Assembly (NCBI GenBank): GCA_963719315.1
Contig: CAVRBU010000017.1
Coordinates: 64,001 to 128,000 of the forward strand
Length of the DNA stretch: 64,000 nt
Direction of reading: 5' to 3'
DNA from: an uncultured Planctomycetota bacterium
GTDB taxonomy: Bacteria > Planctomycetota > Planctomycetia > Pirellulales > Lacipirellulaceae
Within the stretch, counting starts at the first letter, position 1, and each line of letters opens with the position of its first letter. This document shows, one piece after another, positions 59,101 through 64,000 of this stretch. Made by a program: the position numbers and the translations under genes. A model generated the notes under the pieces. That model worked only from the letters and a program-made list of their open reading frames with translations. It searched no databases and had not been told where the DNA came from.

Positions 59101-59395
59101 CGAAGAACAGCACGATCGACGACAGACCGGGCACCGATTCGGAGCGAATCGTTTGCAGCCAGGGCACGCCGTTAAGCAGGTCTTGCTCCAGACCCACCGT
59201 GATCATTTGCTCGACTTCCTCGGCTGAAAGTCCGAGTGCCTCGGTTTGAACCTCGACATAAGGCTGCGAGAATTCGGGCAACACATCGACCGGCATGTTG
59301 CGAAGTTGCCCCACGCCGACCACCACGACCAAGACTGCGATAACAACCACCAGGACCCGCAGTTGCATACTCGCGCCGACGATCCAACGCATCAT
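56114..59395 (-). CDS. Second RND permease with degenerate proton-relay motifs
   Basis: PVDVLPEFSQPYVEVQT; TM4 SVIVYDAVIDVEN; TM10 GIAVCSS; ERMAPILATA. Confidence 0.92.
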   Translation of the reverse strand: MMRWIVGASMQLRVLVVVIAVLVVVVGVGQLRNMPVDVLPEFSQPYVEVQTEALGLSAEEVEQMITVGLEQDLLNGVPWLQTIRSESVPGLSSIVLFFEPGTDLMKARQMVSERMTQAYAMPHVSKPPVMLQPMSSTSRVMMIGLSSKDVPLIQMGVLARWTIMPRLMGVPGVANVAIWGQRDWQLQVQVDPKRLEEKKVELLKVLETTGNALWVSSLSFIEASTPGTGGFIDTANQRLGIRHILPIVTPDQLAQVPIEGTSLHIGDVANVVEDHQPLIGDALTSKGPGLLLVIEKFPGANTLDVTRGVEEAMTELEPGLLGIDVNTKVFRPADFIEAAFGNLTRAIAIGFALVALALIAFFLQWRTAFISLIAIPLSLLVAALVLYSTGATFNMIVLTGFAAAISVIVYDAVIDVENIVLRLRQFRADRSISSTARIILEASHEARSTIIYAAAIVLMAVVPILLMSGSSGAFYKPLAISYALAIIASTAVALTVTPALCLLFLTKAPTERRDSRLVSWLQGIYEPLLARFVQHGRLAFCAIGALTIVGLALMPLISQQPLPSFHELSLLIHLNAMPGTSHPEMSRIAGRMGNELRTVPGVNNVGAHIGRAIRGDQVVNVNSAEVWVNIDPKANYKQTADAIKEIVEGYPGLTYSVQTYLREKSSDIIPEPEDKIVTRIYGDKADVLRSKAKNVKKAIQGIDGIAESRIKFPIREATLETEVNLKAAQEHGLKPGDVRRAAVTMLSGIVVGSLFEDQKVFDVVVWSTPETRHSLSSIRDLNIDTPDGGHVKLGDVAEVRIVPTNSIVRHEACKRYIDIVSDVQDRDLGEVVADIKGRVQEMKFPLEYYASVVGDYAVPRAARLHFLAVSLAAAAGIFFLLQAAVGSWRLASLSFLTFPAALAGGLLATYCTGGVFTLGSIAGLLAVFGIAVCSSLTLIRHYQRLTSAGGSAQLDPEVARFRAQFDPRHRLDAIEAAGIPPFGPGLVQYGARERMAPILATAIATGLAVAPVLFLGNVPGLETLRPMAIVTIGGLITTTLFILFGVPAIFLLCGPGRGVEFADLASGLSDEEMREAISRVRTPEHEVPSDISN

Positions 59396-60015
59396 AGGTA
59401 ACCTCTGCTTTCTTTCGACCGAGACATTTTCAACACCCGCTCGCATGGGGGTATCGATTTATAGTGACCGGTCTGCCGGCAAGTTACAAGAGTTTGCCGC
59501 GACCAACCGCGAACAAAAATTCAGCCCGCGTTCCGTTTATTCCGTTTGTGTCGGCTGCGAGTAATATGCGAACCGGGCGGTCTCGCCCGGCAGACAGAAC
59601 CGAAAAAATACGCCACACAACCTTCGCGGATACTGCTAATATGCACCGGAACTGGCACGATGTGCATAGTAATAACGCTCATAACGGTTAATCCGTAGTC
59701 ATCCGGAACGTCCAACTACAACCGCCCCCGATTCCAGGAAGAATATTTGCCAATTGCTGTCAGTTCGGTCAAAATGGACCGTAGCCAGTTCCCCATGCAT
59801 CCAATTTGGGGGCACCGAAAATGGTGGGTATAGCGGTGCCCAAGGATACGCGGCTTACGAGTCGTTCCAATTCGCTGTTACGTCACGCAATTTCTTTTCA
59901 ATGAGCTGTGAAAAGACCGCGTTCGTTGGGCAGGCGTTGGTTGATTCGTCCGCGGCCGTTTGAAGTTGAACCCCGATCGATTCGTCCTTTTCTTCAAGAG
60001 AGCCAGGTGAATACG

Positions 60016-60888
60016 ATGATTTGTTCGAAGTATGCTGTTGCGATTTCTGCTGTCTTTAGTTCGTTGGCAATTCTTGCTTTGTCGAGCGGCGCCAGCGCCG
60101 AACCACAACTTGAGAAGTTCGACGCCAAGAATTTCGATCGCTCGACGGTGATCGATAATGAGTGGTTCCCCCTCAAGCCTGGAATGAAATACATTTGGGA
60201 TGGCTATGCCGTCGACGAAGAGGGCGATGAGGAAGCTCATTCGGTTACGTTTGTCGTCACCGATTTGACTAAAGAGATAGCCGGCGTGCAGACGGTCGTT
60301 TGTTGGGAGCGGGACTTCGTCGACAAGGAAATGGAAGAAGCGGAAATCATGTTTTTCGCGCAAGACAAGTCGGGCGATGTGTGGCTTCTTGGTGAGTACC
60401 CCGAGGAATACGACAATAAGAAATTCGACAAGCAAGCCAGTTGGATTCACGGCATCAAAGACGGCCACGCCGGCATTCTTATCAAAAAGGATCCCAAGCT
60501 CGGCATGACGTATTCCGAGGGCTGGGCCCCATCGGTGGAATACACGGACATCGCGACGATTTACAAAGTTGGCCAAAAGGTGAAAGTTCCGGCCGGAAAC
60601 TACGATGACGTCATTGTTGTGGATGAGTCCGACCAAGAAACAGTCGGTGCGCATCATCTCAAGTACTATGCCCGTGGGACGGGTGTCGTTCATATTGATT
60701 GGCGCGGTAAAAAGACCGATCAGGAAAAAATGGACCTCATTAAGGTCGAAAAGCTCAGCGCCGAGGAAATGGCTAAAGCCAATGAGGCTGCGATGAAATT
60801 AGACAAGCATGGCTACGAAGTTAGCAAGGACGTCTACGCATTGACGAAACCGGTGGAGAGCCCGAAAGCGCCGGCAGCTTCGCAATAG
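60016..60888 (+). CDS. Secreted hypothetical protein
   Basis: Signal peptide; IDNEWFPLKPG, FFAQDKSGDVWLLGE, KYYARGTG. Confidence 0.8.
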   Translation: MICSKYAVAISAVFSSLAILALSSGASAEPQLEKFDAKNFDRSTVIDNEWFPLKPGMKYIWDGYAVDEEGDEEAHSVTFVVTDLTKEIAGVQTVVCWERDFVDKEMEEAEIMFFAQDKSGDVWLLGEYPEEYDNKKFDKQASWIHGIKDGHAGILIKKDPKLGMTYSEGWAPSVEYTDIATIYKVGQKVKVPAGNYDDVIVVDESDQETVGAHHLKYYARGTGVVHIDWRGKKTDQEKMDLIKVEKLSAEEMAKANEAAMKLDKHGYEVSKDVYALTKPVESPKAPAASQ

Positions 60889-60985
60889 GTAATCAGTTGC
60901 GGCTGCCAGAGGTGACGACGGCTTTCTCGAGGTAATTCTCGAGGTAAAATGTATGATCGCAGCTTTCAAGGAATAAGGAAAAACG

Positions 60986-61867
60986 ATGAAATACGCGCTT
61001 CAAACCGTGTTGGCCATGCTGACGGCAATCGCCGTGACTGACGCTGCAATCGCTCAGCAGCAACAGGCGGATCGTCCCGGCACCGAGGAATTTGGGCTGA
61101 GCATGCGGCAACTCGTGCAAAACGTCGAGAAAGTTGAAACCCTAATCGCCAAGTGTATGCAGGAACAAGGTTTCGAGTACGTCGCCGCCGACTTTAAGAC
61201 CGTTCGTCGAGGAATGATCGCCGACAAATCGATGCCCGGCATGGACGAGGAGGAATTCACGCAACAGTACGGCTTTGGAGTGGCCACGCTCTACACGGGT
61301 CTCCCGCCTCAGTTGGTGGAAGGCTACAGCCCGGCCAGAGTCGGCTTGGGCGACAAAAACGTGCAAATCTTCAAAGGCTTGTCGCCGGCCGATCAAGCCG
61401 CATACAACCGGGCGCTGCTCGGAGAGAACACCGACGCCACGTTTGCCGTCGCTCTGGAGATTGAGAATTTTTCCAGATGTGGCGGTTGCACGCTGAAGGC
61501 CATCCAGCAGGTTTTCAAGGAGGACCAATTAAAGCCGACGTACCGCAATCCGAAAGACGAATTAATCAATAAGGATCCTCGTATGAAGGCGGCGCTGCGG
61601 ACGTATGCCGAGCGGATGCGCGCGGCCGGTTTTGAGTATACCCACCCTGATCAGGTCGAAACGGACATCCGCGACCGCCTCGTCGCGATTACCGGCGGCG
61701 AGATGGTTCCCGTTGATAAGCTACCCTCGGAGTGCCAAGCGGCCCTCAAAAAGCTTCAAGAATTTGAGCGGCGGGTCGGCGTAATCAGCTACAAGCTGCA
61801 AGGCGAACTATTCGAACCTGTTGAGGAACAAATCGAAAAGGAAATGTACCCGCGCGAAGTCAAATAA
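60986..61867 (+). CDS. Secreted helical hypothetical protein
   Basis: Signal peptide; IAKCMQEQGFEY and repeated MRAAGFEY motif; GGC. Confidence 0.8.
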   Translation: MKYALQTVLAMLTAIAVTDAAIAQQQQADRPGTEEFGLSMRQLVQNVEKVETLIAKCMQEQGFEYVAADFKTVRRGMIADKSMPGMDEEEFTQQYGFGVATLYTGLPPQLVEGYSPARVGLGDKNVQIFKGLSPADQAAYNRALLGENTDATFAVALEIENFSRCGGCTLKAIQQVFKEDQLKPTYRNPKDELINKDPRMKAALRTYAERMRAAGFEYTHPDQVETDIRDRLVAITGGEMVPVDKLPSECQAALKKLQEFERRVGVISYKLQGELFEPVEEQIEKEMYPREVK

Positions 61868-61966
61868 GCGCTACTCTCGGACGGTAGGACCGAGGGAGTA
61901 CGGACACGACTGGCGCCACGCGAGCGAACCTCGTTCAATAACGCGGTGTTACAGAGGTATCTCGTT

Positions 61967-63507
61967 ATGAGCAAAAATCGAACCGTTGCTTTGTGTCTCG
62001 TTCTGGCACTCATGGCCATTGCAGCCGGCGGGGCCTGGGTGGTCGGCAGGCAGATCGTATCTCCGGCCGAGGCTGCCGCGCGAACGGCGCCGCCGAAGCC
62101 GTCTCCCATTCTGGTGCCCATCGAAAAACGGGTGTTGAGCTCCCAAATCGTGACGCGCGGAACGGCCCGCTTCGGCACGCCCCAGCCGGTGGCCCTGGCG
62201 CCGTCGACGCTTAAAATGAATACGGCCGGCCTGATTACGACCTTGCCGAAGCCGAACACGCAATTCAAGGAAGGCGATGTCCTGTTCGCCGCGTCGGGGC
62301 GTCCGGTGATGGCCCTTCAAGGCGCCACTCCAGCCTATCGAGACATGGTGCCCGGAACGTCCGGACCCGATGTCATGCAGCTCGAAGAAGCCCTGAAACG
62401 ATTAGGATTCGATCCGGGCGACGTGGATGGTAATTACGACGACAAAACGGGAGCGGCAGTTGCCAAATGGTATCAATCGAAAGGCTATGAGCCATTCGGC
62501 CCAACGCCTACGCAACTTGCCAATTTGCGCCAATCGAAGCAAGCCTGGGAGATGCCAACAAGGCAAAACTGGCGGCCGCTGGCGTAGAGGCAACGGCCAA
62601 TCTGGCCGTGGAGAATGCTCGCGCAAAGGTCAGCTTTGGCAACAAAGCCGCTGCCTCCGAGGTATCCACCAAGATCGCCGACCGGGCCCTGATCGTTCTC
62701 GACCCGCGGCAATTGGGTCTTGCTCGGGCTGCGGCGGACGAGAAGCTGGAAACAGCCCGTTCCGGCTTGAAAGCTGCCAAGCTCGACGGCGAAATGGCCG
62801 TCAAAACTGCCCTGGAAGCGAAACGCGTGGCTGAGTTCGATGCCCAACTAACGGCCGAGCGGGCCAATCAGTTGACCGCCGACTTGGAACTCGCCAAGTC
62901 CAAGCTCGGTGTGCAAGTCCCGTTGGATGAGGTCGTCTTCCTACCCTCTCTCCCGGCGCGGGTTGAGCAGGTCATCGCAACCGTGGGGGGAGCCGCAAGT
63001 GGGCCGGTGCTCACCGTCACGGACAATCAAATCGTCATTGATTCCTCCTTGCCGCTCGACGTGGCGCCCTTGGTGAAACCGGGCATGGAAGTTGAGATCG
63101 ATGAGTCTGCCCTGGGGTTCAAAGCCAAAGGCGTCGTCGAGACCGTCGCGGAATCGCCCGGCACGCGCGGAGTGGATGGCTATCACTTCTATTTTGCGGT
63201 TCGCGTAGGTGAGACGCCGACGCCGCTGCAAGGGTTTTCACTACGGCTCACCATGCCGATTAAGTCGACCCAAGGCGCCGTTACCACGGTTCCGATGAGC
63301 GCACTTTCGCTGACGGCCGACGGAACCTCGCGGGTGCAAGTCCAGAATAGCAAAGGCGCCCTGGAGTACGTCACGGTCGAGCCAGGCCTGGCGGCCGACG
63401 GTTTTGTCGAAGTGAAGCCGATTCAAGGGAAGCTCGAGCCGGGCCAGCTCGTCGTCGTGGGTAACGAACAAAGTGAGAGTGCCGACAGCCCGGAAAAGAA
63501 ACAATGA
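61967..63507 (+). CDS. Peptidoglycan-binding-domain membrane fusion protein, frameshifted near 62545
   Basis: N-terminal TM; PAYRDMVPGTSGPDVMQLEEALKRLGFDPGDVDG PG_binding_1 pattern; coiled coil; VPMSAL...GLAADGFVEV...GQLVVVG in the next frame. Confidence 0.85.
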
Positions 63508-64000
63508 CACCTAGTTCAACAACTCATGTACTTGAGCTGAACAAGGTTTGCAAAACTTATGGAAGCGAACCGGCCGTCCACGCGCTCGTGGATGTTGATC
63601 TCACGCTAGAGCGCGGCGAATGGCTTTCGATCACCGGACCATCCGGCGCCGGAAAATCGACGCTACTCAATATCATCGGTTGCCTCGACCATGCAACCGC
63701 CGGCACGTTCTTGTTCGACGGCATCGATACGGCGAAGCTATCGGATGGCCAGCGGGCCGGTTTACGAAGCCAGCGCATCGGCTTTGTATTTCAATCGTTT
63801 CACCTCTTGCCGTACCGGACCGTTCTCGAAAACGTGATGCTGGCCGAGGTATACCGCAAGCATACCTCGCACGATCGGGAAGCCCGCGCGCTGGCGGCGA
63901 TTGAACGCGTCGGTCTTAGTCACCGGGCTGGCTTCATGCCGAACAAGCTGTCGGGCGGCGAACAGCAACGGGTTGCGATCGCTCGCGCACTCGCCGGTTC
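63504..64000 (+). CDS. MacB/LolD-type ABC transporter ATP-binding protein (3' truncated by window)
   Basis: Manual translation: GPSGAGKST, IGFVFQSFHL, LSGGEQQRVAIARAL; ATGA overlap with the MFP gene. Confidence 0.92.
   Translation, partial: MTPSSTTHVLELNKVCKTYGSEPAVHALVDVDLTLERGEWLSITGPSGAGKSTLLNIIGCLDHATAGTFLFDGIDTAKLSDGQRAGLRSQRIGFVFQSFHLLPYRTVLENVMLAEVYRKHTSHDREARALAAIERVGLSHRAGFMPNKLSGGEQQRVAIARALAG

Noticed and set aside
59652..59667. Sigma-54 promoter CTGGCACGATGTGCA
   Set aside because: GG-to-GC spacing is 8 nt, not the required 10
46400..64000. Integrative element boundary at the vapB remnant
   Set aside because: Repeat density drops after this point, but no integrase, tRNA or att repeat is visible

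Overview
GC-rich bacterial chromosome segment, most likely from a Planctomycete (inferred from a planctomycete-type 'RLxxExLExR' export motif and the overall gene styles). It carries core genes (korAB, putA, ilvN/ilvC, mutY, feoA-feoA-feoB, pntA2/pntB, rplM-rpsI, ald, mtnA, a ThDP 2-oxo-acid decarboxylase) and several accessory loci. The accessory loci are an orphan FAAL-ACP/thioesterase/PPTase trio, a DUF2075 nuclease-helicase, two toxin-antitoxin pairs (one decayed), an IS5 element, and, from about 49 kb to the end, divergent operons encoding two dissimilar RND pumps with a minimal adaptor and a MacAB-like ABC system. The most striking feature is a dense population of palindromic repeats of many families (GTAG-type REPs/REPINs, and hairpins built from 7-, 8- or 9-nt tandem units), some nested inside each other and some translated in-frame inside genes. 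Three unrelated genes (a RAYT tyrosine transposase, a GxxExxY PD-(D/E)xK nuclease and an unknown small gene) are each bracketed by a direct duplication of a whole ~100-bp hairpin. This suggests a shared hairpin-targeting mobile cassette architecture, and the GxxExxY case is the best candidate here for an undescribed system. At least seven single-indel frameshifts in otherwise intact genes probably reflect sequencing or assembly error. No rRNA, tRNA or CRISPR array was recognised. All calls are by eye, without database searches.
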